Position numbers and translations under genes: made by a program. Positions 32,601-47,600 of a DNA stretch of 64,000 nucleotides are shown one piece after another. Source of the stretch: Botryllus schlosseri (lineage: Eukaryota); contig CM119372.1 in the NCBI GenBank assembly GCA_051294905.1, positions 21,576,001-21,640,000 of the forward strand, written 5' to 3'. Every line of letters begins with the position of its first letter. Positions within the stretch are counted from its first letter, which is position 1. The notes beneath the pieces are model-generated. The model worked only from the letters and a program-made list of their open reading frames with translations. It did no database searches and was not told the DNA's origin.

Positions 32601-35600
32601 ACGTACTATACTCCAACATACCGAGATATTTGCAATCCGATTAGTTTAAACGACATCCAATGAAACCTGGTACACATAATAACGCACGAGAGCCAGGGAG
32701 TTATTAATCACCATAATATATCTAAGAAATTACACCAACCCTACGCACTCGTACGCGCCTATATATAAACATAGCTCCTAATAAGAAAAGCGCGATCATG
32801 AAATAGGAATCCGTGTATTAAATACTCGGTTATTCAACGGAAGACCTTTGATTTGATTTAACTCCTGACTGGTCAAACGAAAGTTGACCGAGATGAGGGA
32901 ACACGATACATTCACGAAATTCCACAAATTTAATCGCTGGGGCGTACAGCACCCGTAGTGTTTAGTATACGGTAGGGGCATCGTTGGTAACAAAATTCAC
33001 TTTCGTGAATCGACTTCATAAGGCGGGGTTAAAGTCAGCGGTATTTACGTTACGTTACACGGGTTGGATCATAGAGAACACGGGACTTCTACTAACCACG
33101 ACTTCATAAGGCGGGGTTAAAGTCAGCGGTATTTACGTTACGTTACACGGGTTGGATCATAGAGAACACGGGACTTCTACTAGCCAGAGTAAATGAATAC
33201 CACCGGTGTCGAGTTTAACAAAACCATTGTTCTGATAAATTATCGTATCGTCCATTTACAATACGGTTGATGGTGCTATTTCGTACACTTTCAGCAGTAA
33301 GGTTTCAAGATATTGCCATGCGATCGGGCCATTAATGATTTCGGTCGCCCCTAGGCTGTGTATCCAGCCATGCTTGACGATAATTACAATACCTTTAACG
33401 CGTACTGGTTCCGAGATCAAAGCAGCCGCGGTTATACAAGACCCTGTCGATTGGTATCTACGTAACTATGCTTTTACCTTGCAATCAGTAGATACCGAGA
33501 TTGTAGCTACTGATGTGATGTTTTCAATAAAACACGTCCACTTCTCCATGTGAAAGCAATTTGCTCTAGGCCTTCACATCTAGCTCTAACAATCTTCGCC
33601 TAGCAACGCATATTCGCTAACCGGCAACACCAAACTATCAAGTACTCCAAAATGTTGATCTAATTATGTACAAACGCGCGATCAGGTGAAAGTGGGTAGA
33701 TTATTAAAGTACTCCAACACCACTGTCAAGAAGTACAGTATAACGAAGTAATGACTGACTCAAGCTGCAGTACAACCCTCGTGTCTTGGTCGCTGCTATA
33801 GATAACATTAGATTCGTGAGGCACTACACTTGTAAAGTGGATATCTTGACATTATTTACCTTCTGTAAACGAAGTACACATCTCTATGAAGCGCATCTCG
33901 TACGATCTCGCTAAATACAATAACGCAGTCGGAGTGCGCATCTTCTCGACTGAGACACTTTACGACTAAGCTAAATTCGAACGATTCCGTCATTTTTTCG
34001 TACGCTTCGCTCTCTATCGCGCGGTCCGCTCTAAAATCGCGATATTATATCACTCGCGTAAAACAACGACTCCGAGTGTTATATCTGCTTTTAACAATTT
34101 ACAAACATTACAACGGGACTCGATAAGCAGCATCACCGACTGGCGAAGACGCGCTAGTTAGTCATCTACCGTTTTACGGCATATGACGCCATTGAGATTG
34201 CGGAATACTTTTGCCGGGGGCGTACTGCTAGCGATCCACTTGTGGAATTCATAGCTACGGATCCTAATCCGGATTTTTCTCGCGAAAAACCGCAAGCCGA
34301 CGACGCGTAAAGTGGTAATGTCATGTCCGATTTGGAACATTACTTCGATGACTCGAAGGCGCAGCGGGGTGATAACATTCACATGCGTAAGTTAAGATTG
34401 CGAAAGCTCGTATACAGGTGGAGATGACTGCTGTTGGGGCGGTAAAACAAGAATGGGAAGATTGTTTTTCGTCATTTAAATGGCGTCAACATAATCACGA
34501 GACGGGGACACAGTGTTCGAACCCTGGACGACATAGAAATGCTCAAAGCACCGGGTAAACTTGAGATGTTACAAACTGAATCAGAGACACTCAATATATG
34601 TTATAATACAAGGTGGCGATGTACGTTTGGAGGCTCGGGCTGGTTACGTGTAAATTCACAGGGTGAGGGCACTTGCTAATCAGAATGTTGATGATAAAAG
34701 TCGGTGATATTCACTCATTTACTTTGGTTTTATAGCCACTGAATAACGTAATGCTACCCCAAAGTCACCAACGACAATAGTGTCAGCTTTCACAAAAACA
34801 CTCTACAGAGATCACGCATCTTAGCTGTGTCCACTATCAAGTCGCAGTTAGCGTAACTCGACACTAGATCAGCTGCATGAAAAGATGAGGCTACCAGGAT
34901 TGCCCACTGATCAAACACCGGCCATATTGTGGCAGGTTTAATATTTTATATGGTGGAATTCGGATGGCTACCAATTACAGAATGGTAGATAAATGCAGAA
35001 AGGAAAACTATACAACTAAATAAATCGCCAAATCTGCCGCAGCTATAGAAGAGGGATTCCCGTGGCAACCATGGAACAACAGGGAGATTCTCAAACACCC
35101 ATAGCAGTTGCACAATGCACATGTCTGCATGAACAGATCTTAAATGAATTGCACGTAATGTAATAGTGACAAAGGTGTAAAATAAAGTACGTCAACAAAT
35201 TTTCATATTTTACCGAGAGCAGTATGTAGGACTCATCGACTTTAGCATCGACTTGAGATGCACTCATTATCCACTCTGCGAGTAAATTGGAGCCCGATTT
35301 ACAACAAGACACATCGGTTTTATGCGGCTGAATTAAAGAGTTAACGGTGTCCTTATATACAGCTAGAACGGCGACACATTTCCCAAATCGAAACATAGGA
35401 TTTACCTTCGATTTCTTCGACAGTCTTCTTCTAAGCGAGAATCTCTTCATTTTTAATTCAATCTCTGACTACAGTAACTCAGGTGTAACAATTGCAACGC
35501 GCACAAATACCATACTAAAGCAAGATTGCATTGAGTCCAATATATACTTTACCGGGAAAGCGATATTTCGATAACGAAGCTTTAGCGATTTCAACAGAAG

Positions 35601-38600
35601 TGCTAAAGGTCGTGATAGTAAGATTGTGTCTCCGTTGGAAGCCATGGCGCACAATACAGTTGTTTGTCAAGACGTGTATTTGCTTTCTGTATCCAGCAAT
35701 TATCATCGTATGCAAACAATAGGCGTCAATTGCCAGGTTACCCACCACGGTAAGCAACAAGTGATAACACAAAGATGCGGGTATTGCTTATCACACAAAC
35801 TTGAATACCTATTGTCGTAGTTATAAATCCCGAACATGCAAGTATATTCAAGTGGATATACAATGCAGCATGTTAGGATTTAGATACTATATAGAGTTTA
35901 GATATCAGAGTAGTAATTTACAGTATATTACAAAATAGGCGTCGCTTAGAGATAAAACATTGCAGAATATCCAGACTATGTGTCGCTAGTAGTATATCAC
36001 GCCGTGACCGCACAGAATTTGCAGGATGTTGCAAGGTGCGAATGATTTAGTTCTTGACAACGCATTCTCGCTGTAGCAGACGCCATGTGGATTACGTCTG
36101 CGATCTTCACCCACCACCTCCATGTTTACTGTTTAGTCTCGAATTACCGCACAGCAGGGATGATAAATTTTTCAACATATATAGCAACTGAAGAAATACA
36201 CCGTGGTCGGTGGCTTAGACAGCAGACGTGGTGCGTCTTTTATCACACAGTACGTACAGCAAGTAGCACTATGGAGTTGAGCATACAATTAAATTCGGCC
36301 TAAATTATTAATCATCCAAAATTTGCAAACAAAATATCGAACATAGTGAGAGTTTCCTTCACGAAAGTGCTTCGCAGCCGGCGTTCCTCGGTGTAAATAT
36401 TCCATGCGTAACCCGAACATAGTTTTTCAACTAAAGAATACTTTTTAACCCCCTCAGACTTCAACGATACAACCACAAAACAATCAGCTTATCCAAATTT
36501 CGGCTTTGTGGCGAGTTAGTGGACAACGATTAGACCAGGGGTTCTCATAGGGTGGGCCATGGCCCACTGGTGGGCCACAGAGCCTTTTGAGGTGGGCCAC
36601 GAGGCTATTTAGAAAATTTTAGAAATAATGCAAGTTTAGTTTTATTAGTTATGTTAAACGGTAGATATATATTCATAAACTTTTCATCCGACTTTGATGA
36701 TAGTAGTGGCACGATGGAGTCAGCATGTACCAGTCGAAAACGGGAGGAACAAACGGCGGCTTTTGACTATGACAATCTACGGCTAGCAGGAACTAAAGTA
36801 ATTTCGAGTATATGATAACTGGAAGGTAATGCTGATGTAACCAAGTATTCCGGCAGGGTCATATGTCGAATGCCGAGGAAAGAAGGTGCAATAAACTCGG
36901 AATGAAGTGTAATCGATGCAAAGATTTACTGTACTTCGGCAGGTCGTATAATTGCAAGACAAACATAGCCATAATTGAAAATTATTAGCAACTTCTGGTG
37001 AAGGTATACTGCACCACCGCAACGAATCGTAATGGATTGAGGATTTAGCGGAGCGCATTACTCTTTAGAGTCGGTTTAAAATGTCCGGCCTGGAAATCAT
37101 TGGAACGTACTGTAAGAGTCACAGGAATTGATTGCATCGTTGGATTGAATATTCTGACATTGCAACTTCAGTGTGTTTGGTACAAGACATAGCCTACAAT
37201 GTGCATTGTACAGCATGCATATTAAAAAACTCTTTCTCCACTTCTCTGTAGTAGTAGCACCCCATTCATTAATGAATTGTTTGAAGCTAGTCCAGAATAA
37301 TTATATTTTTCCCCGCAATAGTGGAACTAAAACCCTCATCACAAAGTGGATGCGGGAATTTGATCATTGTGTTTCGTGACGCGAATGGAGCAGCGGACGA
37401 TCAGATCATAACATACACAGGAGTTTTAGCCTGTGATCTACGAGGGCAGTAACTGCCGCACCCAAACCCCCAATTGGGGGAGCTCGAAGGGGCCCAAGAT
37501 TATTTCGTTGGTCGTTTGTTGAGGATATTTATTCAACTCGAAAATTTTCGTCGCGCTTCGCCCGATTTCATGTCCCTAGAGGTGTATATTTAAATATTAT
37601 CAGTAAATTAAGAGAAAATGCGCATATTTTAGACAAATAGGCATATCGTCGCCATCGACTACCACGCAATGAACAGGATTAAGAATCTAAGATAAGAGGT
37701 GGGCCACAGCACATTTTCAAACCGGAAAATGGGCCACGGCCAAGAAAGGGCTGAGAAGCCCTGGATTAGACAATACATTTTCCGTATCCAGTTTGTCCCT
37801 AGTTCGTATCAAAGATGAATACTCGCTAATTAATGACTCGCCAAAATTATCAATATTTTGTAATACAATGGATAACTGTTTGAAAACCACAGCCACAACA
37901 TAACAAGCGATATCGAACCAGGTAATGTACCAGACATAACAGACATCGCCAATTTCGGAGGCAGCCACTAAAATTCTGCTCCAAATTTATTGAACTTATG
38001 CTAGCACAAGCACATGCAGTTTTTATCATGGTTATTGCTATGTCGAGAACTGAACCAAAGTTGCCACGATTATGCTTAACAAAAGAAGGCCAATTATCTC
38101 ATTGAAATATATCAAAATTTTGCTTTTTCTATTCCAAACATGTTTAGTTACATGTTAGCGCGGGTGTGTGTATAATGCGTGGCCGCAAATTAAAAAATGG
38201 TTGTGGACCACTGCCCTAATTGACGATCAACTGAGCCTACAGTTCGCAAGCAATGGCTTATGGACGATAAAAATATCAAGTGGTGTAGCGGTATATATGA
38301 ATACCAGAACTTGCCGAAGCAGATGTACTCATTTTACGATCAAAAACAGTGGTTCTCAACCCCGCCCCCTTTATGATACTGAAAAATACCGCCCCTCATC
38401 GTCATACCGGTATCACAAAATGCAACCATAATGTTAGCAAACCCAACGGATAGTTTGACGGCATCGTAGGTTATGACTGTTGTTGAGAGAATTGTCAAAT
38501 ATGAAATTCGAACCATACACAGAGCAATAAATATGAATTGGAGGTAAATCGCGCGAAAAGAATTCAGTTGACCTCAGCTTCGCGCCCCCCCCCCCCCCTT

Positions 38601-41600
38601 CAGATGCTTTGACGCGCCCCAGTTTGAGAACCAGTAATCTAGAATCTTATGCGCAAAAAACATTCAAGCCCGTCTTCCCTGAACGAAGAAACACGCTCAC
38701 GCTTGTGAAATCCATACACTGAAGTGGAAATTCAGATTTAGATACTATATGATCTATTTTCGTGGCGAGATCATTAATTACATCGCATCAATCTAATGCT
38801 GTAGATAGCATTGGCTTTGTCTTTCATGGCGTGAAGCCTCGTGCACATCATACCTACGAAACACACATTGAGTTCGCATATAGGACTCCATATATATCAT
38901 AACTTGGAATCCGGTAATAATAGAATCTCTGCTTATATAACAGGTAACCGTATCATTCATATCAACATAACTCCACAAAGTCCGAAAGTTGAGATTTACA
39001 ACATCACGAAATAGCATAGACACAACTTTATAACACCTTTACTATACAAGCCATATACAGTTATTCGCAATTGCATATGCAATGTTAATGCATCTGCAAT
39101 TAGATTAGAAGTAATCGAAAAAGAGGCAATACAGTAGCAACAGCTCGTCTGAACCGCGTGTTCTAACGTCGACAATACTTTAAATATTGGAGGCAAATGT
39201 CAGGCCATACTGCATCATAAATTATTCAAGGGAGAATATATGAATATTTCCATATGAAGCAGGAAGAGAACACTGGCAACGCGGGGAAGTTGGATTTTTC
39301 TATCCAACCACCAGTGGGATCAGGTATCAAGTAAACTGCGTAAGAGAATGGACAATCACAATTCCTACGAATTTACTACAGCACCGATAACAGTAAATCT
39401 AAATCATTTTCATATTGCTGCATCTGAATATATCCTGGTTGTATCTCACAAATGATGAAATCGCAGAATCCAATATCAATGATTCATATGCCCGTGGCGA
39501 GTTACGACATACAACACACTATACGTAGTGTATGCCACACTTTTATGTAGCCTTACACACGATTTGCGTTAACCACACCGTAAGCCGCAAAAGTTTGCAC
39601 TATCGATTCACATTTATTATTGTACCCTACATCGCATACTTATCTCAATCTTAGGAGCTGCAGGACGTGTACGTTTATGATTTTCGCGATTCATTAGTAT
39701 GCGGGCGCTTGGGGAAAAAACTCAATCCAAAATGAGTTTTCTCAAGTGTTTCTTGAAGGATATTACGTAATTAACTTTGCTGCAAGGTCCACCAACCGAC
39801 TGCCGAAAATTCGCAGGTACAGCGGCCGGCGAATACATTTATAGGCTTAGCACCTTAGCGTATATCCGGTATCAAATCAACAATGTCTATCTAAGCGCCG
39901 CAAAACGGATACATTCATTTTCATGGGAAAATATTCCAGTTCCCGATGCTGCGACATACGCCTCACGCACGCAGACAAAAGCTAGCGCATCCTACGCTAC
40001 TTCATGAATCACTGTAAGTGTTTAACTTTCTGTCAACCCCAAATGGATACACCTGGGTGTCTTGCAGGGGTCATCGGTGACTAAGCGCTAGGTGATCAGT
40101 TCCCTGACTTCCGTTGGCACAAAAGGGTGCGCTGAAGCGTTAATAAAGCCCAACAACGGATTTGCGAATATCCGAAGCGCAAACGGTAGGATTCAGGAGG
40201 AAGTTTTCTGTTAATTCTAAGTTGTAGGCAGTTACGTCATAATTGAAAGAAATTGACGAGGCAGCAAGCAAATAACAACATTTACTCGCAGAGTTAGAGT
40301 TCCCACGGGCGTCCGTCACGTGACCGGTTTGCGTTAGTACGTAACAATCTGGTCGCACGGCACCCATTATTTTCTTTCCGTATGGCTTCACGCTAATGTC
40401 GTGTTGCGATTGATGCTGCAGAGTGTATGTTTTCCACTAAGCTGGTGTTTTGTGCGGTTCGAGGTCTGTTAACGTATGTAGTGGAGTTTTGTAATTTCGT
40501 CATAACGGATCCGCTGCAGTTTCCCTAGCTATCTTACCCGCAGAATACTTCATTTGATATAGATAATCTGGATAAATTCCCGCCTCTTTCCCAGAATCTG
40601 AACGCCTTGCGCTCGAGTCATGGTCACTTCAGATATAGGAAAACGACAATCGTATATCAAATTTCAGTTCCCGAGTAACAGGGGCGTACGTAGTATATAT
40701 ATATATATACGATCGAGCAAAAGAATTTATTAGCTCATAATCATCGAATCACGGGTAAATCCATACGGTAGCCTCAATGCGCATACCGCAGCAATTCCTA
40801 TATTATGATAAACTTGCCAATCAGCATAAAATGACCGACCGCAGTCTGCTAAGTATAGTAGTATGGACTCCATCATATTACTACGCGATGTGGTCATGTA
40901 CTATTACACAATTGCCACCGAGTGTGCAGACTGCAGAGATCGCGCAAAGGTACGCATTCCTTCGTCCTTCTCCAATCTCCGAACACCACGTGGTTCGACT
41001 TGCTTAGAGTGCATCCGTTGCAATACTGCTTTCGATCACATCATCACAAGACATATGATGCTAAAGCCGGTAACGCTGAATTCCTTTTATGACTACCACA
41101 ATATCGCAAACCGAAACCGCGATATCAATACGGCAACCGACAAGAGACTGCCGACCGCATATGCACTTTACTATAGACAGATAATTCCACGCGGAAATAC
41201 ACACCTCATCTCAACATCAATCAAACGCTATCAAGGTTTATCGTATATACTATATACTCAGGTATACTCTTTCCATTCTAGAATGGAAGCGAATACAGTA
41301 CTACGCCAATACACACTTGCGCGAGTCGTTGCAACGGTATCAAGCGTTTCAACATCACTAGGGCAGACATTGAAAATGAGTACTCACAAGAAAACGCTAT
41401 CGATATACGTCACGGTATCTCTCCACATACTAAATATATAAGGCTTTAGCAGATATTTTCGGAACGGACGGTCTTTTTCGTCACTAAGCAAACACTCGGA
41501 CACGACAAAACAAGCCAAGTGTCACCTTAGCTGTTGCCATACATTTTTCCCACAGCAGACTTGTGACGCTACAGATTATCGAGTGACCACGATTGCGTCC

Positions 41601-44600
41601 AAGTACGATATTCGGTCGGTGATACAAAGTGATATAGGCATGTCTAATGTCTATATACCACAAACTTATACAGTGATGCGTGGAGAGTTGGACAAACTAA
41701 ACCTGTTACACGTTAATGCATTGAAATCAGACTTTCACAACCTGGCCCAAAAACTCGAATATTATTCGCTTATTTTTTACTATGTTGCATTGGGTGCCGA
41801 GCGATTTAATCACCGTACAACTACACGAACTGAATGTTTGTAAATTCAACGCTAGATTACGGACACTACTGCCTTTCTAGATGACTGTCGCAACATAGTC
41901 ACCTTGTCAACACGAGATAAACAATGCCCAAAATCAATAATGTGTATAATACACGTATGCTGACCGATGACCGAGTAAACTTTCCTTGCTATCTTACTTA
42001 ATTATAATTATAATTATAATTATACAGGCAGCCGAAAACATGATTCACAGTGCAGGCTTAACATTAGGATGAGCGAAATGACTCGACACAACCGATATAT
42101 ATATATATATATAGGTTACCATCAGAATACAAGTCAATCGAAAAAATTCTTTCTCACGATTAGGACGTAGCAAAATAGTCATTAGGCGATCAAATATTCG
42201 TCTCTTCGCTGTGTATTACAGGATCGCCAGTCGCCACCCGCTGTTTTTGCACTAAAACGACAGTCAGCTAAAATATGTGTAGAACAGCACTTCTGATTAA
42301 TTTCGAGAACGACGCGACTCGTGTGATGATGCGACAAGAGGAGGCGATAGTTGCTTTACCATTTCCGTATGTACTTACTACCTATGCCCAAATCAAAACA
42401 GTTCATAACAGGCGCTGTATCCATGAAGTTAGATTCAAGCACGTTTGCGCGCCACTCGAAATCGAGTGTCCATTGTCGAAAAAGCGAACAACCGCTATTT
42501 AGTTGGTTGTCGAAAAAGCGATGTTGTTCTCCCGAGTATTTTCGTCTGAAGGGCTTGTTTTGAGCACCCCACCTTAATGTGGGCGCGTTGCAGCTGGAGA
42601 CATGAAAGGAAATCTAAAGACACCGACCGGTTGCATAGTAAAATCTAGACGCTGCAGAACCGCAGCGGAATTACCAACGTTTCAGAAGTGTACAGCATAC
42701 ACCTCAAACTGCTTTTGCGGTGCTTTTAATATCGCACACTCTGCATTATTTGGAATGAATGCGTGAATGAATGCGTTACAGCAAATCCTTGCGCGTAAAA
42801 TCTGAGCGTGGCGTCATGTCATAACCTTATCTGTATAGAAATATAGATACATCCAAACCGCTCAAGCATATTATTAACACTCCCGGTACTGAAATGTAAA
42901 TTAGGTAGCGTGGATACTCATTTTTAATACAATCGAAAGTAAAGTGCCATCCCACACCAAGCTTTATAACTCTATAGCTGTCGGAAACTATTTGAGTAAG
43001 ATGTAATACATTCGCGTCGCCGTAATATTTCAAGATGACGAACGCAAACTGATTTTCAATAGAGAGATACCGCCGAAGACACTCAAGTAGCAGGAGCCAA
43101 ACTTTTATGTCTATCAACTCGAATGACACTCAAATAACCTTTCGGGGTACGGTGTCCGTCTACTGCCATAACTGAAGCTGGAAGTTACACAAGAAGCCAA
43201 AATAGAAGGCTTCGTCACATGTATTGCAGTAAGCCTCGAGAAGGGGGTAGGCAACTAGGCATGATTATACGTGGCAGTCAGTCGGAAATACGATGTTTTA
43301 GAAAGATTTACAAGCGTTCTTAAATCTCTTCGAACAAGGAACGAAATAATTTGAGTTGATGACAGCTAAGCTGGATAATTTCCTTCATAGCAACTTGGGA
43401 TGACGAATTGTGCGATCTAGCACGATAAAATCGACACAGCTTGCACGGTGTTGGTAATCCTATTCAGTAGCGACTAGGGAAATCGGCGACGGTTTCACTA
43501 TTTCACGAAAAGCACTCCGGCCAAACAGCACCCCGGATGAGCCGGGTGCCAAAGCGCTCCCGATAGCTTCTTATTTGAATCTGGCCCGTGATGTACTAAC
43601 GAAAAATGTTTCGGTTTGGCGGTTACACGGAGATGTGCAATGGATGCGCGTTACATCTAGAGTGGTTGGTCATCTACGTTTTAATTCCGCGCGAGGATGC
43701 CACACTCGTTTAGGGACACGTTAATTCTCTGTATGCAGAATATTCATATGAGATAGACGGTAGACGTACAAGACATGTCCGAATTTCAATTGAGTAGCTA
43801 TCTACATTTCTCATCGCGTCTTCCGATATTTCCAAAGTCTCCAAATAAGCAGTCGCTTTATATTGTATTTACCGTTATCTCTGTCAATACGGTATATAGC
43901 ATGAGAAATCGGGCTGACATAAGAAATATCAACCTGACAAATTAACCTTTGGTAATTTGTAGCGCGGTGTGTTAACATGGGCGACCATGGGTCAGTGACA
44001 TTGCTTCACAAGTCAGTTGTAGAGGATGAGTCTTACGGGGAAATGAACATTACTCGTTCTAGCGCATTGTAAAATATCACTAGTATGAAACGGAAAACAA
44101 GACGAACGCAGCTACCACAATCACCATTACGCCTGATAAAAGCATCTCGCTTTATGGAAAATCAATAGGCCAAATAGACGAAGCACACGCGACGAAATTG
44201 ATATATCTGATTTTCGAACTTCCACTTTTTGTATTGTAACTGATTGCACAAAACGCTGTAGAGCCATAAATAACATGTAACACAGTTTACGGTGGCTATC
44301 AATAGATTCCGAATCGACTTCGGACACAATGCAAATGCAGACCGACCCCAAATCACATCCGCACTACTCGACGTCTCCATACGTAATATCTGGAGCGACT
44401 GTATCGACCGTTACAGCACATCATCACGAGTGAATACGCTTTATCGGATAGGAAGACATTAGCTAACCTCAAGACATCAATTAAATTTCAAATCAGCACT
44501 TCCAATTGAAACCGACACAAATTAATAGAGAACACAATCGACTATATTGTGAGAAAGCGACACCAAGAAACCACGTGGAACTGAAGCCTGTAATTTTGAC

Positions 44601-47600
44601 ACCGCAAATTGCAAGAAATCAAAGTGTCCTGGAATGGTAGTTGCAAATGACTATATTCTTTGGAATTGACAGTCACTGGCGCTCATTATCGCGTCATAAA
44701 AAAAAAGGAAGTGACAATAATTCCATAAAATTTAGGGTTGCTTTGAGCCTGATAGTCTACTCAGGAAACAGAGTATTGCATAACTGTCGTGTTGCAGAAA
44801 TCGGTTCGCAAGTGGCATGTAAAAGAGTCAATCTAGTCCTTAAATGTGGTTTCGACACGCGAATGCAGTCTGTTTGCAAGCTAATATTAGAGTCGCACGC
44901 GTTAATTACGACAGGTTGCCAATAACAAAATACGAGAGAACAGGCATCAACAACGAGAGCGGGAACTCCAAATTTTTCAAACGAAGCGCCCGATTCGCTA
45001 CCGCGGAATGGTAGCAGCACCGATTGTATCAGACCACCTACTTGAACAGCTGTCGCGGAAACAGAGCTACCGAATGCTCCACTGCCTTTTGACAATCTGG
45101 CTGTTTACAAACGAATAGCCGTTGTTTATTCAGTGATGTACGCGCCGAGTAGATCGATCAACGAAATTCGACAGCGCACTGACAGATCTTCGACTACATA
45201 GTTTTCCGTATCGGCTGGACTTTTACCCGCGCTGAGACGATGTATTCACCATCCACTAAGCATTCCGGGCCATAGTATCATATCCCACGCACACCATGCG
45301 TTGTAATGAAGACAAGACGGCCTATGATATATATTTAACCCTTGAGGTTTAATAATTACTTAAATTATCACCTGACTGAGCATTTCACCTGCGAGTTAGG
45401 TGCGGAAATAGTGTTATATTTGTACAGTGAACTTCTTTATTCGGACTATGGTGTTTCAGTTTGCACAGTTAAAAATATACAATAAGATATTGACTTGCAC
45501 AAATGCAAGCTAAGTACCGCAACGTTCATTTTGAAGTGTTTTAGGACATGGCCACGCGGCCCTCTTTCAATTTAAATCATCAAGCATCCACTAGTACCGG
45601 ATCGTTGCTATTCAGTAGTAGCAGGTGGTCGCAATATCTGCGGATTACATCATGTACAAGGCTGCCAACCTAACCTAATTCTACGTAATATTTCCCGATT
45701 TAAAGACCCACATCATCACCTTACAATGTCAGGAGACAGCCTGGCTCAAGCATGTTATTCCAAATCACATATCGCAATTTAGAAATACAGCCTTCACAAT
45801 TCATCAAACATTAGAACAATATTGTGAATTAAGCGTTTCACCGACACTAAGTTACCAAAGCAGACAACGCCGAACATGAAATGAGCACGAAAATCGGCGT
45901 ATGACAACTAGGTAAATATTATTGGATTGTGACAATGCCCTTGTATAAACAATCCAGGTTTAACTTTGCCAATAATAGAATTTATTGTCAGTTGATTCAA
46001 AGGGCCGACGACATGCCGGGATGTTGAGTCACGCAATGTAAGGCGCCATTCAGGTTTTGAATGCACAATATAGTAAAGTTTTTGAGGTCTGTCTACCGCG
46101 TACCGCGACACTCCCTATGATTACTTCCTTGGGATACAAATGTTCAGCAGAGCGGCCTATTCTGAAGCAATGGAAAAATTCGTCCAACGCAGTTCCGAAA
46201 ATATTTCCAAAAATTAGGACAACCCCACCCAACCCGGTTCATACATAATTTTTTCACAATTTTCGATTCTCACTATACTCGGGTTACCATATTTCTAAAA
46301 TTTGTACTAGAATTCTTATTGTGTTGACTAAAAAATCTCGACTCCCGATTTACCAGCATTTCACCTATACTGGTGTGGTGTTGACTAAAAATAAATAAAA
46401 AAAGGTCATTTTTCCAGTCCTCACTCCTACTCCCGAATGACCCGCTCGAACGTCCGCATTTCAGATTTCGCGTCATTTATGTCCATTAACCTGGCTGTCA
46501 AAGCTATAAAAGAGGACAGATTTCCAAAAATGAGGACATTTAGGCGTTCTCGGAGGACATTTTAGATTTCATGAAAAAAGGAGGACAAATCCTCCTAAAG
46601 GAGGACGCATGGTAACCCTACACTATGCCCGATGGGATAGACCAGCAGTATCGTGCAGCACCCCAGCATTATAAACAGTAGCCCAATAACCTGATGACGC
46701 AACATACGAACACAACACGAAGAGTAAGCACTTGTAGATTTAGTAGTTTAGCCTACCCATAATCACATAGTTTTATAAAACTTCACCAATTCGTCCAGTT
46801 TGCAGCATCAGTACTCAAATAAACAAACAGCAACGCCAAATCCGCGTACCAAACAAAACTGTCTCGCACATGTATTAGGAATGCAGGTAGGCGGAATATA
46901 AAGGGAATTTAAACGAAAATCAACATACACGCATAGCGCTAACATCCTTGCTAGTATGACACAATGACATTGAAACTACAGCCTCACATTTTACGAGCTG
47001 CATACCTATAGACACCGATGTAACCACACGAATTGATAACCTAAGAATAGAGTACGGTATTGGAATGTTGATTGTTCTAGACACGAGCTAATCTCCAGTA
47101 CAATTCAATAAAAGTAACATTTCCCGCAGATTTGAAAGGCTTCCGTTCCGTGATTTCATTTAAAGATGATAAGCTAATGTATGAGAGATATAAATATCCT
47201 TTATTGAGAAATAGCACCGAATATCCTTATCGAACCCTACTCCTATACACTAATACCACTATCACCTGCCGACTGTAAGAACGAAAGCTGCCATACTGCC
47301 GACATCACCTTGCGTATAGAATAAGTCCCCCGTCAATTCTCAATTAACAAGTGCACAAGAAATTCTGCATCGCTTGAGAAAATCCACTCGCTAATGTACC
47401 GATGTAAGTTTAACGGAAGTCACAACTAGGCGGTAATTCACTTGCTTGGTGGTAAATGTTACCTTCACATCGCTTGTAAATTCACGACTCGTAATGATCC
47501 ACACAGGACAGCGATTGCCCCTACAGAAACATTGCAAATATCAGGTTTCTAATGTTCAAATCGGCAATATAACGTGATAGGTCCTTGCTTGGAAACGTGG

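Noticed and set aside
40863-41441. 192-aa ORF in the giant intron
   Set aside because: No recognisable domain, codon bias or splice context; antisense to the host gene.
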